A stretch of DNA of 64,000 bases from a virus. Lineage: Duplodnaviria > Caudoviricetes. Position numbers and translations under genes: made by a program. Each line of letters begins with the position of its first letter. Position 1 is the first letter of the stretch. A model generated the notes under the pieces. It was not told where the DNA came from. It saw only the letters and a list, made by a program, of their open reading frames with translations, and searched no databases. Of this stretch, positions 11,829 through 27,300 are shown in pieces. The stretch covers positions 1 through 64,000 of IMG/VR virus record IMGVR_UViG_3300001525_000075; one strand, 5' to 3'.

Positions 11829-14019
11829 AACTGAATCTGAATTAATAGAACTGACTAATAAAGCTATTGCTGAATTAGTTTATCCTAAGTGGGATTTGCA
11901 GAAAGCTTACAATTATTACAATGGTAAACGAGATGCAGATTAGTTTCGTTATTTAGAGGAAAACTTTGGTATAGGTAATCCTACATCTGTAGAATTTATT
12001 CCTTTAATTAAGAAACACATTGATGCTTTAGTTGGTGAGTATCTTGGCACAGCAATTAATCCAAAAATTACTTGTAAAGATACAGATACTATTTCTAAAA
12101 TTACTCGTGAAAAAGAATTAACTATATCTAGAGAAGTTTATAATTTTCTACAAGAAAGGTTAAAAACTCGATTAGTTGATTTTATTCAATAGAATGATGA
12201 AAAATCATTTGTAGACTCTTCTGTAAAAAGTGAAGTAGATAAATTAATTGAAAATATAGATTAGAGTTTTGTTTCATAGTTTGAAATTGCTGCACAAAAT
12301 GTATTAAAATATTTAATGCAATCTAGAGCTACCGATATGGTTACTAAATTAAAAACTCTATTGTTAGATTTACTTATAACAGGATATACTTTCTTTAGAG
12401 TAAAACCATCTCCTGGAAATCAAAACGTATCAATAGAAGTACTTAGTCCTTTAAATACTTTTATAGATAAAAATCCCGAATCTCCATATATTAAAGATTC
12501 TTATAGAGTTGTAGTAAGAAAATGGCTTACTAAGACTCAAATTCTTAATACTTATGGTAAAAATATGAGTAAAGAAGATAGAGATTCTATTAAAGAAATA
12601 TGGAGAGATTAGTTTGATGGTTCCTCTTATTACGTTCGAAGTTTAGAAAGTGCAAACGGACTCCCTGCAACCGATGGTATTAATGCTGGAAAAGAAGTAA
12701 TTCCTGGATACCCCACAGGGCATTATAATAGTTACAATTATAAATTAATTCCCGTTTATGAAGTAGAATGGGTTGAAACAGATAACGATTATATAATGCA
12801 ACGTTATTCTACTGTACGAATAGGCGAAGGAATCTATGTATTAAACGGACTTGATACTGATGTAATTAGAAGTCATGATAATCCTTCATATTGTAGTTTA
12901 ACAGTAAATGGTGTTTATTTTGTAAATAGAAACGCAGAACCATTTTCTTTAATGTTAGCTTGTGCTTCATTGCAAGATAAATATGATCTTTTACATTTTT
13001 ACCGTGATAATCTAATTGCTTCTAGCGGTACAGTTGGCGATTGGATTGATGTATCAATGATTCCTAAGTTTTTAGGTGTAAATATGCCTGAAAGATTGGA
13101 AAAATGGCAAGCATATAAAAAAGCGGGTAAAGCTTTAATTGATTCATCACAAGAAGGAAGATTAGCTCAAGGTCAATCTCCTATAAACACTTTGTTTAAC
13201 GGATATGATGATACGATTAAAGCTCAAGCAATACAAGCAATACAAATTGCAATTGAATCTGTAGAATCTACAGCATCGTCAATTACAGGTGTATTTAGAG
13301 AACGTTTAAACGGGATTGAACAAAGAGATGCGGTATCTAATATTAAGATGGGTGCTAATAATTCATTTATTATTACTAAACAATATTATCAATAGATGGA
13401 TTTAGTAACTTCTGAAATATTAGTAGATGCTCTTAATACCGCTAAAACAGTTTATAAAAATGGACTTACAGGAACTATAATTTTAGGTGATAAATATTAG
13501 AAAATATTTACTGCACTTCCTGAACATTTTACTTTTACTGATTATGATATTCATGTAGATACTACTACAGATACTATTAAAGATTTAGAATATGTAAAAC
13601 AAATTATTCCTGAATTTATTAGGAGTCAGAGTCTTAATCCTGAAATGGTGTTCGAAGCAGTAACTTCTAAAAGCTTAACTGATTTAAAATATAAAGTAAA
13701 ACAAGCATTCGCTAAGCAAAAAGCTGAAAATGATCAACTTGGAAAAATGGCACAAGAATTAGAACAAGCTAAACAGCAAATGCAACAATTACAATCAGAA
13801 TTACAAAAAGCACAAAAAACTAATCAAGAATTAGAACAAGCTAAACTTAAATTAGAAGAAAATAAAGTGCAGTTAGATTCTGAACTTAATTGGTATAAAG
13901 CTAAAACTGACCGTAGTTATAAAGAACAATTAGTTAATGAACAATAGAAGAGAACTGAATTAGAATTACAGTAGTTGTACGATGGAAATCCTTATAACGA
14001 TCAAATAAAACAAACTTAA
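11815..14019 (+). CDS. Portal protein (734 aa, code 15)
   Basis: Frame 1 joins track ORFs 11743, 12316, 12796 and 13645. Contains crAss-type portal motifs KAYNYYNGKRD and EENFGIGNPTSVEFIPLIKKHIDALVGEYL plus a C-terminal coiled coil. Confidence 0.92.
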
Positions 14020-14789
14020 TGGAATTAACTTTTAGAGTTTGCAATAATGCAAATTGTGGTATAACTATTACAGATTATACACAAGATTAGGGTGAATATG
14101 CTCCTGATTCTGCAACAAGCATGGATGCATATGTTTCAGTAAATAGATGGAAATATAGAGATACAATTACAATTAATTTAGTAGAATATCATCCTATTGA
14201 TGGTTCCGATTCGATTCTTCATACAAGTTATAATGAACATTTTTGTGATGGAGAATTGGGATATTTAGATGAAGCACATATTCAATTAAATAAAGATGGT
14301 TACTATACTATTCATCATATAGTTCTTCCCACCGAAAAAGGTTTAGAACGTATGTTAGTAGATGGTGAATTATCATCATTAGATTTTGATATTAAAGGAT
14401 ATTGGTTTGAAAATGATAAAATATATACAACCGATGATAATAATAATACTGTAGAGGTATCTTTAGATGTTTTAAAATCAGTTAATATTGAAGGAACTAG
14501 TATTTCTAGACAATCTGAAGATTTCTTTTCTATTTGTTATTTGTGGCAATGTTATATTAAATTATCTAAAGTTATATTCAATAATACTAACTTTAAATGT
14601 TCTATCTCTAAAGTAGATACTTTTTCACGAGATTTCGTTTGGATGACTCTCAATATTATTAAATATCACGTTTAGTTTCAAGAGTTTATGGAAGCACAAC
14701 GTGTTCTTGAAAGTATTAATGGATGCTCAGGATTTTGTGAAAATATTAGTACAATTACAAATACTAGTGGATGTGGCTGTTCTAGATGA
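14019..14789 (+). CDS. Conserved virion-module protein (256 aa, code 15)
   Basis: ATG 14019 to TGA 14787; includes track ORF 14121..14675 and ends in GCGCSR. Confidence 0.75.
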
Positions 14790-14958
14790 TTTAAAAAGAA
14801 AAGCAATTAAAGAGTATAATCAATTAGTACTCGGGTTATACAAAGGATATAAAGAAGATTATTATACATTAATGAATGAAATAAGCTTTATAGAACTTCA
14901 TTCTGAATTAGATAATGAACAAATGTTATTAGAATTTTATTTAAATTATGGCTTGTGA
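14767..14958 (+). CDS. Small hypothetical protein
   Basis: 3' part of track ORF 14701..14958; GTG 14767 fits gene tiling better. Confidence 0.6.
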   Translation: MDVAVLDDLKRKAIKEYNQLVLGLYKGYKEDYYTLMNEISFIELHSELDNEQMLLEFYLNYGL

Positions 14959-15856
14959 TAACGAATATAAACACGTTTCTCTAAAAGACTTACAAAATTA
15001 TTTTAAGAGAAGTGACTACTTTGGAAATCTTACAGATGAAGAATTAAAACTTATTTAGAAGAATCTTGGTATTTCTACAGGCTCCGATTTAAATCCTTCT
15101 GTAATTTTAACAACATACGAAGAGGTTTATAATTTAAAAATGCAACAACAATTAAAAACTTCTAATGTGTATGTAATACAAGATTTTTAGTCTATTTACC
15201 AAACAACTGACGGAAAAATATACGGAGGTGAAATCATGCCTAGTGAAACATATTGGTTATTCTTACGTCCAACAAGTAATTCTACTTTTGACTCTAGAGT
15301 AGCTATGTATTCTCCTACTGATTCTAAGGTTTCTAGATGGACCGCTGAATATGATATTACACCTGTTCAATTTACAGATGGAACTACATCAAAAGGAACT
15401 ATCACTTATTTAAAAGATCATAATAATAATACTGCTTATTATGATTTTAAAAATATTAGATGGTATCGTAGTGCTGAAGACATGAATAAAGGCCCTGTAG
15501 GTTATATTAATCCTACCTATTGTCTTACTTTTTCTGATGATTCTTCCAAAAATAATCATCTTGCAATAGGAGCAATTAATAATGTATTTTTAGGAAATAC
15601 TTAGAATGTAACTTTATCAGCAGATAGCCACAATAATACTTTCTTTAAAGAATGTGAAAACAGTACTTTTGATTATGGCACTTACAATAATTTCTTTACT
15701 AAATCGTTAAGTATGTGTAATGGTGCAGTACATGATAGAACATTAGGAGAAGAAGTCGGAATGACTTGTCCTAAGCAATTTAATGTACTTAATGATAATC
15801 AAGTATTAGTATATCTTGATCCTCAAACTGAAACATTTCAAATAAAGAAATTATGA
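14948..15856 (+). CDS. Tail-module protein (302 aa, code 15)
   Basis: Frame 2 is open except for TAG codons; contains AYYDFKNIRW and an Asn-rich beta-helix-like tail. Confidence 0.7.
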
Positions 15857-16986
15857 ATACAATATTAGGAGCAGGAGACACTGATTCCCTCTTTCTATCC
15901 TCAACACAATATTAGGAGCAGGAGGTTTGTAAAAGACCTTCTGTTTCTAATTCTGTTTGTGGGTCAGATGTTCTTTTAAAGAAGAATTTTTTATCTGAAT
16001 TTTTAACCGAAGAAGAAAAACAAAAAGCAAGAGATAATCTTGGAATTAGTAAACAATTAGTAAGTTGGGCGAATATTGATGGAAGTATATATGATAATGC
16101 TTAGATGAACGAACTTATTGAAAATATTGGAACTAAATTACAAGAATTAAGAACTGACATTGATAACAAAGTAACTAAGGATATTGAAGAACTTAAAGTC
16201 AATATGACTCAAATGGAAGATACTTTAGTTACAGGTTTAGATACCAAAATTACTAAAGAATTTACAGATACCAATAAAGCTGTTGAACAAATTGGATATA
16301 ATGTTTAGGGTAAAGATTTTCAAACAGTATAGGATGCTTTAGATTCGTTATTTTGGTCTATTCCTTCGTATTCAACTTTAAATCAAAATAAGTGCAGTTC
16401 TTAGAATTATTATAGATATAAAGTAGATTCTAGTAATTCGGATACTATTACATTTAATAGAGAATTATCTCAATTCATTATTAATTAGTACGAGTTAACA
16501 GTTGATGATTTAGACAATTTAACTTCTAAGACTTACAGTTTAAATCCTTTTCGAGATATTATTACATCAGATAATAAAGTGTTTACTATAAATAATTTAT
16601 TTTCAGAAATACCTAGCGGTTATATTAAAACTATTAAATGTTCAGGTACTGCTGTAGAAGGAACACATTCTTTTAATTGGAATATAAATATAAATAATAT
16701 TAGTACTATTTATTATACTGTTGATTCAAATAAACCCGATATTCCAGCAATAAACTGGAATGGAACTAGAAAAGCATATGGAGATTTTAGTTGTAATGCT
16801 GGAGTTGGTCAATATATTTGGGTATATATTCCTAATAATATAACTACAAATCCTAAATTTTATGTAGGTGGATTTGAAGGTGGTTTTACTAAAGTAGAAT
16901 CTATAACTGCTTTAAACAACGAAGTATATACTTTATATAAATCTGATAATCCTAATTTAGGTTCAATTACCGTAAATCTTAAATAA
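15853..16986 (+). CDS. Tail-module protein (377 aa, code 15)
   Basis: Joins track ORFs 16105 and 16579 through TAG codons; has an LSEF...EEEKQKARDNLGI anchor motif. Confidence 0.7.
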
Positions 16987-16988
16987 CA

Positions 16989-19900
16989 ATGGGAGTAGAA
17001 ATAATTAGCGAATTGATTCAAAAGAATAATGGTGAATTCCCATTAGTTGATTCTAATAATATCAGAGGTGGTTTTTATCAGGTTAATACTATTGCAGAAA
17101 GAGATGCGATACCTACTTAGAGAAAAAAAGAAGGTATGTTAGTGTATACTGTTTCTGATAAAACTTACTGGAAATTAGAATCAGGAGATTGGGTAGAAGC
17201 TAAATTTGGATCATCTTTTACAGGAATTCCTTTAGTAGATTAGGAAATTATTGATTCAGGTGTCGAATTACCTGATAAGTATGTAACTATAGGAGATGAA
17301 AAAACAGATACTGAATAGTATCCTTTGTCTAGAGAAATAAAGGCTACAGGTACTTATACAGATATTTTATTTAAAGCGATTCGTAGTTTACAACACGAAG
17401 TGGCTAAATTAAAAAATAGTTTTAATACAGGTATTATATCTTATACGGATGAACATACAGCAAGTAGTGACGTAATTACTGAAGATGAAGAAGCTGAAGA
17501 ACCTTTATGGGCAATAGATCCTGAAGATTTAGCAGAAGTTTCTTCAATTTACATTAATAGTGAAACACAATTACTTCCTATTAACGGAAGAGTAGTTAAT
17601 GAGAATAGTATTACTTGTTCAGATTGTTATATAGATTTAGATACCTCTGAAGTGGAAGAAACTCAATTAGTTAATTATACAATTATTGATCCTACAGATA
17701 ATTGGGATTTTATAATAGATTTAACTAATGATATGAGTATTTCTTTAGCTTCCTTTATAGATAAATAGAAATGTAATATATTTACACTCTTATGTAGAAA
17801 AGAGGATGCTTAGTATATTTATATTTCGATTACTAATAGTAATAATCAAGTAATTATTAACGGATATATTAATAATGAAGGTAATTTACAATCTACACAA
17901 TATTCTTTTTCAGGAAAAAATTTAGGATTTAGTAAATTAACTTTTAAAAATCTTGATTTATACAAAAGTACAATATCTTCAAGAGCTTAGTCTTTTACTA
18001 ATGAAGATTTAATTCCTACACAACCTTAGACCGATGATTATAGTTTCAAGGCTGCTCATATTACTATTAGATCTGTAAAAACTAAAGAAATTTTAAATAA
18101 ACTATCTGACAGAATACTCAATAACGAATTAATTTGGGTAGAATCTGACAGTCAATTATATATTAAATCTAAATATAAATTAATAGCAATCGGTTCTAAA
18201 TCGGGAGGCGATGATTCTGGTATGACTGAAGAAGAAGTAAAACAATGGTTGATTGATAATAATTATATCACAAGTAATGGTCAGCTTCAAAGTGCAAATT
18301 TAGCACCTATTGCTGATATTACATTTATACACGAAGATTCAAATAAGAAGTTTAAAGTTACTATAGATTCTGAAGGTAATTTAAAAGGTAATGAAATTGT
18401 AACGTATAAAGAAGATACAGGTAACCCTTCAGAAACCGCTGTAAAACGTGGTACAGTTGCATATTATAATGCAGGTACTAATTACGAAACTAATAAAGCA
18501 TCTGATTTATCTAATGTAACTACATCATCAGATGGGGTTTCAATTTATGTATTAGGTGATAGAGTAAGAATTAGCGAGTGGTATATTCCTAATTTAGGAC
18601 AAACTCAATTTAATTGCACTCATGATTTTATAGAACTTACTAATTGCGGGACAGTAGATTATCCTCTTGGAAATGCTGTCGTATACCTGTTAAAGAAAGT
18701 TGATAGTAAATATCAAGTTGAAAAATTTGAATTAGACGGAGTAGTTCCTGCTGGAGCTTCTTATCTTATTAGAGGTAAACAAAGATTAGATTTAGATTCT
18801 GAAATTGCACATATGAAAATATCTACATATGATAAAGAACTTTGGAAAGATGGTTCTTTATATGATATGTCAGGTGTGTTAGGTATAGTTTTATGTCACA
18901 AGAATTTGAATTTATCAGTAGATTCTAATAATAAAACAGCTCTTAAATCAAATTGGCAATCAACCGCTGATAGTGAAGGATTTTTAGGTTCAATCAATCC
19001 TAATTTAATTGATGTTGTTTTATGGGATACTGATGCTCAAAATTATTTCAAAGACGGTTCTGCAAATACTTGGGTTGATAAAACATATAGTAATCCTGCA
19101 AATAGTGTAATTAAAGATTAGTATTTATTAGATCCTGCTAAATAGGCTTTCCGTAGCTTAACAAGTACTACTGAAACCTCTAATTGTAGATTAAATAAAG
19201 TTGCACAAGAAACAATTCCTTTATCTGAAGAAAAGATTTCGTTTTATCATAGTGATCAAACTGTACCTATTACTAATTATACACCTAAAGCATCTTATGA
19301 AAATAGTAATGTTTGTACAGACAAAACTAGATTAGATGCAAATAAACCTAATATGGTAACGTGCGCTTTTGGTATTAATGGTTATACTACTAGAACATTT
19401 AATTGGGTATCTGTCGGAGAATATAACGAATATTGTTGGATTAGAGAAAAAGGAACTGAAACTTGGAAACGTTTTGAATCTTATAAATCAGGCGATGATA
19501 CTTTAACTCAAAGTACTACATATCCTAGAAAACGAATTTTTAATAAAACAATTACAGATTCAGTTTATAAAAGAATTATTGGTGATTTTCCAGCAAATGG
19601 ACAACATTATACTGCACACAAATTAATTCTTGACATAGTTGAAAATCCTGTAAGTAATGTTGCCTATGAATATGTTGTAGGTAGAAGTTTAAAAAATGGC
19701 AATTTTGATCCTGAACACTGTTCAGATATTCAAACATTTGTTTTACATGACTCTACTTGGACTCCTAGAGTTTATCAAATAACTGATCAACAAGGATTTG
19801 GATGGATGGAATATCAAGTTTGGTCTGCAACTGCTAATGAGTTATATTCTAAAATTAATAAAGAATGTACTGAAACTACTAAACAATTCCCTGTAATTAT

Positions 19901-21344
19901 CAATACAGGAGATATGACTCAAAATGGTACTCGTATTAATGAGTGGTACGATTATTATTGTAGTGGATCCGTTCTTGCATCGAAATACGAATAGATGTAT
20001 GTAATAGGTAATAATGATTTAGCTAATTCATATAGTCCGGATTTCTTAGGAACTGGTGACGATAATGGTAAAAGTTCACCTTATTATTATAATTTATTCT
20101 ATTGTTATGAAGTTCCTTCTGACGATTTTACAGAAGTAGATAATTGGCAACATCCTTTAATTTATAATAATATTTATATTCCTTCTACTTACTATTTTTA
20201 CTTTGATAAACAAGGTTATTTAATGGTAAATAGTGAACTGACTACAGTAACTTGTAATATTTATTATAAAGCTACAACTAATTCAGGTATTATTAATTTA
20301 TATACAGGATTTAATTCTAATACTAAAGAATTTACAAGTTATTCTTTATCGTAGACTATTCAATCTATGATTACTAAAATGCAAGGAAAAAATATTATTG
20401 CTGCTTGTCATGAAATGCCTTTTACTGTAGTAAATCTTGCATACTTAAAAGGTGTAGGCGGAGCAGATATGACTTGCGCTTCTGCCGATAGATGTATTTA
20501 GTATAAAGCACTTCCTTCTACTACTAGTAAATCTTTAATTGGAAGTCATATGAATAGAATTAGTCATGATGATGCATATGATAAAGATAATAACTACTGG
20601 TTTAGCAGAATGCTTGAAAATAACGGTATAACCTTATGTATAGGTGGACATAAACATACATACTGCTGTACTTATCCTGTAAGAGAATGGAAAAGTGGTG
20701 ACCCTACTCAAACTAGTGTATCTACAACTAAGCAAGCAGTAATTAAACGTTCTGACTATTCAACTGTAGATGGAAATAAAGTAATTAGAGCTACAGAAGA
20801 TTGTTTTTATTGGAATGTAGATCCTGATTTAAAAACAGGTGTTGTTTATTTTATGCTTCAAGCTAGTGGATTCAAATTAGCTTCTAATAAAGAATTGCCT
20901 TCTCGTGAATAGGTATTCAGTAAAATTGTTCCTGAATCAGATACTGCCAAAAGTAAACCTGATGTATCACAAAGTTATCCTATGTATGCAGTAATTTCAT
21001 ATGATACGTCTAATTATAATATTGATTTATATAGAGTAAGCGGAATTAAAGTAGAAACTATTTCTGAAAACAAAGCGGCAATTACTGAATTTAGTGAATT
21101 AAAGTATTCTACTGATCCAATGTATTCAGAAAAATTACTTGTAGTTAAAAAAGGAAAAACCGATGCAGATAAACTTGGAGTTTATTATACTAATTATTGG
21201 TTAGTAGATTCTAGTGTTAAAAATTATGCAATTGACCAACAAAGATGTTATTGGGAAGATTCACAATTAAAATCTGTAACTGAAGTTATTCCTGGAACTT
21301 GGAATAATACTGAACATACTGAAACTGTACCTTATAAGTATTAA
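16989..21344 (+). CDS. Large protein with lamin-tail-like and calcineurin-like metallophosphoesterase domains (1451 aa, code 15)
   Basis: Frame 3 joins six track ORFs through TAG only. Phosphoesterase motifs occur in order: TDQQ, NTGDMTQNG, GNND, CHEMP, GGHKHTY. HDFIELTNCG is lamin-tail-domain-like. Confidence 0.85.
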
Positions 21345-21348
21345 TTGA

Positions 21349-24300
21349 ATGAAACTTAATAATGGAAGTAAGATTATTGGGACTGATGATATATTTGTCA
21401 GTTCCAATAATTCTCAAATTGGTGAGGATTTAGCAGCAGTCTTAACTAAACAAGATGCTGACATATTAGATTTAAAAAAGAACGTTAAATGGTTGTATAA
21501 GTATGGTGGTGTAGGTGGATCAGGAGGAGGTTCTTCTACAGAATCTACTAAAATATCTTGTACTATTACTTATACTAATACAGCAGGTAAAGAAGTTCAA
21601 GCAAAGATTAATGAAGGTAGTACTTTTAATATTGAGAAAGGTTCTTAGATTACTGTATCTTGTAGTATTGTTAGTAAGAAAAGTCTTTCTGAATATAAAA
21701 TGACTTTTGCAGGTGAAAGTATTACAATTAAAGCTACAGATGTTGCAGGTGTAAAGAAATTAATTCCTACTGCAAATTCAGCATATACTCTCACAGTAAT
21801 AGGTGAAACTACAGTAACTTTAGATTTTTCAGTATTTGTAGATGTACAAGAGGTTGCTGGAAAAATACTTTTATCAAACGGCATTTCAATTGCTTCTAAT
21901 CAATCTATTTATGCCTCTCAATTAGAGGGTGCTAATTATGTTTTTTAGTTAACGAATTATCAACCTCAATCTTTTGAAAGTTTTGTAAATTCTGTATCAT
22001 TGAATGATGTTACATTAGATACATCTAAATATACTGTAACTGAATCTGTCGACACATCAGGCACTAAAACTACTACAGTAAAAGTACTTATTACGGATGT
22101 ATTTACTGATTATGATATTTATTATTTTAAAGTAAATTATACATTCGGATCAGATACTAACGTATTATCTAGTTAGTTTATTTATCAATCTGATCAAGCA
22201 TTTGTGTATTGTTATGCTAATGCTTTTGATGTATATAAAAATCCAACAAGTACCCCAGTAGGCACAAATAGTTATAACAATACAATTAGTTATTAGATTT
22301 ATCCTAATAAAACTGATTCACTTACAGCACAATATAATCTTACTATTGAAGTGGATGGTGAAACTACAAGTCAAGTTGTAAGTGCTGGAACAACGTATTC
22401 TTATACTATTACTAATACAGTAAAGACTCAAGAGCCTAAAGAAATTGCTATTAAATTTTCTTTAGATAACACAAGTTATACTTATTATATATATTTAATT
22501 AAACCTGAGAATGTAGTATATATATTTGAAAATGAAGGTACTAAATTATATTAGGCTATAGCTTGCGATACTGAAGAAAAGAATAATGATATTATAGAAT
22601 TCCCTCCAGGTAATCCCTTAATAGAAGGTAACCCAATTCAAATTACATCTGAGAAAACATATTAGTTAAAAACGATATGCACACATCAAGGTACTTTGTA
22701 TTCTAGTAATCCTCAAAATACATTAATTTCAGATTTTCTTATAAGTGAACCTCAAACTTTGGGAAATCAATCTAGAGTTGATGCTTTATTTTCATTTGGA
22801 TTTAAATATGCAGGTTCTAACTGGGATTCTAAAATAATTACAATTAAACACCAAGGTTCAGGTAGTACATCCGAAGTTACTTTGTATAAGAATAAAATTA
22901 CATTTAGTAATGGTACTGAAACTACTAAAGTTTGTATTCCTAATGATGGAGAATATCATTTAATTTAGTTATATTTTAAATCTGACTATAATACAGATAC
23001 TGATAGTGCTGATACAGGTGATACTAGTAAATCTAAACAAGTAGTTGCATTATTCATAGATGGCGTAATTGAAACTGCTCCTTTTGAAGTTACTAATTTC
23101 TTTATTGAAAAAGAATATACTTATTTAGTATATCACGTTGGACAATGGACATTTGACCACGTTGGTGTTGCAACATTTAATTCTAAGTTAATTCAAGGAT
23201 TTTACGGAACAGATCATTCCGCAATTGCGAGATATTTATTTGATTTTGATCCGTTTATTCCAGCTAATTATTATTAGACTTATCAAGTTAAACTTAGAGG
23301 AAAATCTATTAATGCGTTTGATAAATCTATTTACAAATCATTCGACTAGACATCAGCTGGTAATCCTTAGTGGTTAAATTATTTTTGTTATGATTAGGAT
23401 GAAGATCAAAATAACTTATATTTGCATAAGTTTATTAATGTATCTCCTAGTATTATATCAAAGATAGCTCCTGATATGGAAATTTACCGCATCGTTCCTG
23501 AATCTACACATTATACTAAAGATGAGAGTGGATTTGAAGAAGTACCCGATGAACATTTTAATCAATTTGTTTATAATACATTTACATCATTCGGAGAAAC
23601 TGATAAGATTTCTAAAGTAACTTGTAGTTTTTAGAAGTGGGTTGATGATAAATTTGTAGATTTAATTTAGGATAAAGAAGGAGAAGATTCTATCCAGTTT
23701 AGAATTAAATATCAAGGTTCTTCTACATTATTGTATAGTTGCAAAAATTTTGAAATTAGTGCAGAACCTTTAGTAGATAGTGAAGGTGTATCAAGAAATG
23801 TTTATTTTACTCCCGATATTGATAAATTTCCAAAACTTGAACAGAGTTTTAATTTAAAAGCTGACTTAGTAGATTCTTCGCATAGTAATAATGTAGTCAT
23901 TGGTAATTTTGTTAATGATTACATGACATCTCCGTTTAATACTACTGATAGAACTTATAGAGCTTGTTTGACAGGTAAACCTATTTTATTATTTATTTAG
24001 AATAATGCACGAGATAAATCAGGTGAAACAGTTTATGATACAAGTGATTTCTTTTTAGGTATATATTCTTTAAATTTAAATCGTAGTTCTGTAAATAATT
24101 TAGGTTATTCTAGATTAATGAAGAATGATACTGAAGAAATAGATATAGGTACGAATGAAGAATTACAAGATAGATGTTGTGATAAGATTACTAAATTTCA
24201 TGTATTAGAAGGCACTGAAAAAATCGATAGTAGTAATAACTTTGCTGTTGCTGAAATTCAAGGTAACGGTATCTTGTATGATTGGTCACAATTTGATTAG

Positions 24301-27300
24301 ACACTATTAGCTAATGAAGTATTAGGTGATTTCTATGTAATGGAAAATGGGAGAATCAGCGAAGAATTTACTTCAGTTTTATCTAAACCTTTTAAAGCAT
24401 TAGCTCAAATAATTAAAACTTATTTGTTAGGTACTAATCCTATATTTAATACTATTGATTATTCAACGATATTTAAAGATAACGAATTAGTAAATCCTGA
24501 AAATTATTATTATACTAATGATGGAGCTATTACAAGTATTCCTAAAGACGCATTAGTAATAACTTCTACTACTTTAAATAATTTATCAGATCCAATGCCC
24601 TATCGTAGTTATGAAACTACAACTCAAGGATTAAAAATTAGTAAAATTAATAATCCAATGTATTAGTTTCATTTAGTATGTAATAGTTTAGGACAACCTC
24701 TTGTAAATAATAAAGTTTAGTACTATTATATAGAGAAATTAAATTAGTTAAACTACGATCCTGAAAATCCCCCTGCTTATATTGATATCGAGAGTGCAGT
24801 TAAGTATTATGTGATTTGTATGGCATTTGCAATGGTTGACTCTGTTTAGAAGAACTTAACTATCAAATGTCCAGATACAAAAATTAAAAATACTTGGTAT
24901 CCTGAATTTTATGATATGGATACAGCATTTGGTATCAGTAATTCAGGTGGTGAAACATCTTTCCAAGCGTATAGCGATTGGGTAAATTCTGACGGAACTA
25001 TTACTCAAGATTATACAGATAAAGATGCTGGAGAAGGTTATTATGATACTCCTTCATCATTCTTATTTATGTATGCTAAATATTTAGATATATTAAATGA
25101 TGATTTTTCAGGAGGTAAAGGTGTTTATCCTTATAAAGAATGGGCTAACTTAAGATCTTCTACAGGTGCATTTTCTTCGGGTACCGCGTTTTGTAAAAAA
25201 TATATTGATGGTTTTTTTGGAGATATTAATCCTATTATTTGGAATTTAAACTATTTATATAAATATTTTTCAACTTCTAAAAATGATTCTTCTACTACTG
25301 GAGATTCTGAAATTGGACGTTTTAACGGCACTAGAAGATTTTCAAGAAAAGAATATTTAAATAATAGATTTAGATACCTCGATGTATTATTTGGTTGTAG
25401 AAATCAATCTGCAATAGGTATGGATACATTACATACCATTACTAATAATACTGAAACTATGGATGGTTTATCTAATTCAGATATTAAAGTAAATTCTCAA
25501 ATGTTTCCTAAATTTACAAAAGGTGTAATTGGAAATATTTATGCTACGGTAACTGAAGAACCAAAAACTCCTGTTGTATTATAGTTAAGTCAAAATGTAA
25601 GTAAATTATATTTAACTGATTCACAAGGTACGGCTACAGTACAAGGTAATATCCCTACAAATACAGGTGCGGGTTTCTATGGAACTAAAGAATTATCATC
25701 TATTTCAGAATGCGGGCAATTCTTAATAAATACATAGAATACAAATACTATTGAAAATAATATTATAAAAGATATTATTATTTCTAAATCACCGAGTTCT
25801 AAATCTGCAGATTTAGAATTAGATCTAGCTAAATTAACTAGTGTTGAGAATATCACGATATCTTCAGGAAGTTAGTTATATTATAAAACTCTTACTATTA
25901 GAAATAGCGGATCTTTAACTCAACAATTAAATAAAGTTACGTTAAAAAATATTTAGTGTAATACTTTAACTTTGAATAACTTATCAATTAACAACCTATC
26001 AATTAGTGATTGTTAGTGTACAGAGTTAAATATGACTAAAATAACTCCTGATTCATTTAGTTATTCTAGCAATAGTTGTCAAAAGATTAATTTTAATACA
26101 GTAATATTAAAATAGGATTATACATTAAATGATTTAAAATGTACTTCATTTACAGATGCTAACAGTACTTATTTAAATTTTACACTTAATTTAAATAGTT
26201 ATTTATCTACATTAAGTCTATCAGGAACAAAATGTTCTAGTTTTACAATACCTAGTTGTTATAATATTTCTTAGATTACTGTTAAACAAATCAATTGTCC
26301 TAAATTTTATCTAAATACTTTATATGGAGAAGGTAGCGTTAGTACTGTGCCTATTGAAGATGTGTTAGAATTAGGATTTGTAAATTCTACAGTAGAACTA
26401 AGAATATCAGGATTTAATAATATTACAGGTTTAACTCTTGGAAATGTGACAACTTGTAATTTAGCTACAAATGCTTTGTGTGGATGTAGTTCTTTAGAAT
26501 CTCTTCCTAATATTAATTTTAATATTATCGGTACTGGTACTTTAGGTAAAACTCATAAATTAGCTTGGGATGATAAATTACGAGTAAAAGTCGGGACAAA
26601 TAATTTAGCAGGAACATTCATTTATTGTGATGACGTAACATTAGAGTTTGTTACTCAATGGTTAGAAGCTCATAAAAATGATTCTACTAAAGTAACAGAT
26701 ATGTCTAGAATGTTTGCATTTACTGAAATTGAACAAATATGTAAAGGGTCGTTATCTGACGAATATTTATAGTTTGAAACAGCATTTGTAGAATACGCAG
26801 GAAGTAATAAAATTAAATTAGACTATATATTTTATGGAACTGGGTTTAATGTATTAACAAAAAATTTCATTAATTGTTCTACATCTAATTTATATTGTCC
26901 TGCGGGAGGTGTCGGTACTTCTAATTCAGATAAATTATATATTGAACAATTAGCTTTTAATGATTTAAATACTGTACAAATAAGTAATAGCAATTTGTAT
27001 AATTGGTGGTATAGAGCTACATGTTATGTATTTGAAAGAGATGGTAATGATATATCTGTATTAGATACTTCAACAATGTCTGATTGGTTTAATGATAATT
27101 GTAAATTAACATCTTTAAGTACATTCAATCCATATAATAGTAAAAGTAGTCCGTTTGATTTTGAAAATGGATTTCCTGCTAGTATAACTTATATAGATAT
27201 GTTTCACTATACAAGTTATTGTTGGGTAACAAATCTTCAAAATGTGTTTAAAAATGTAAAGACTAATTGTACATTCTCACAAGGTAGTTTTAATCAATCG

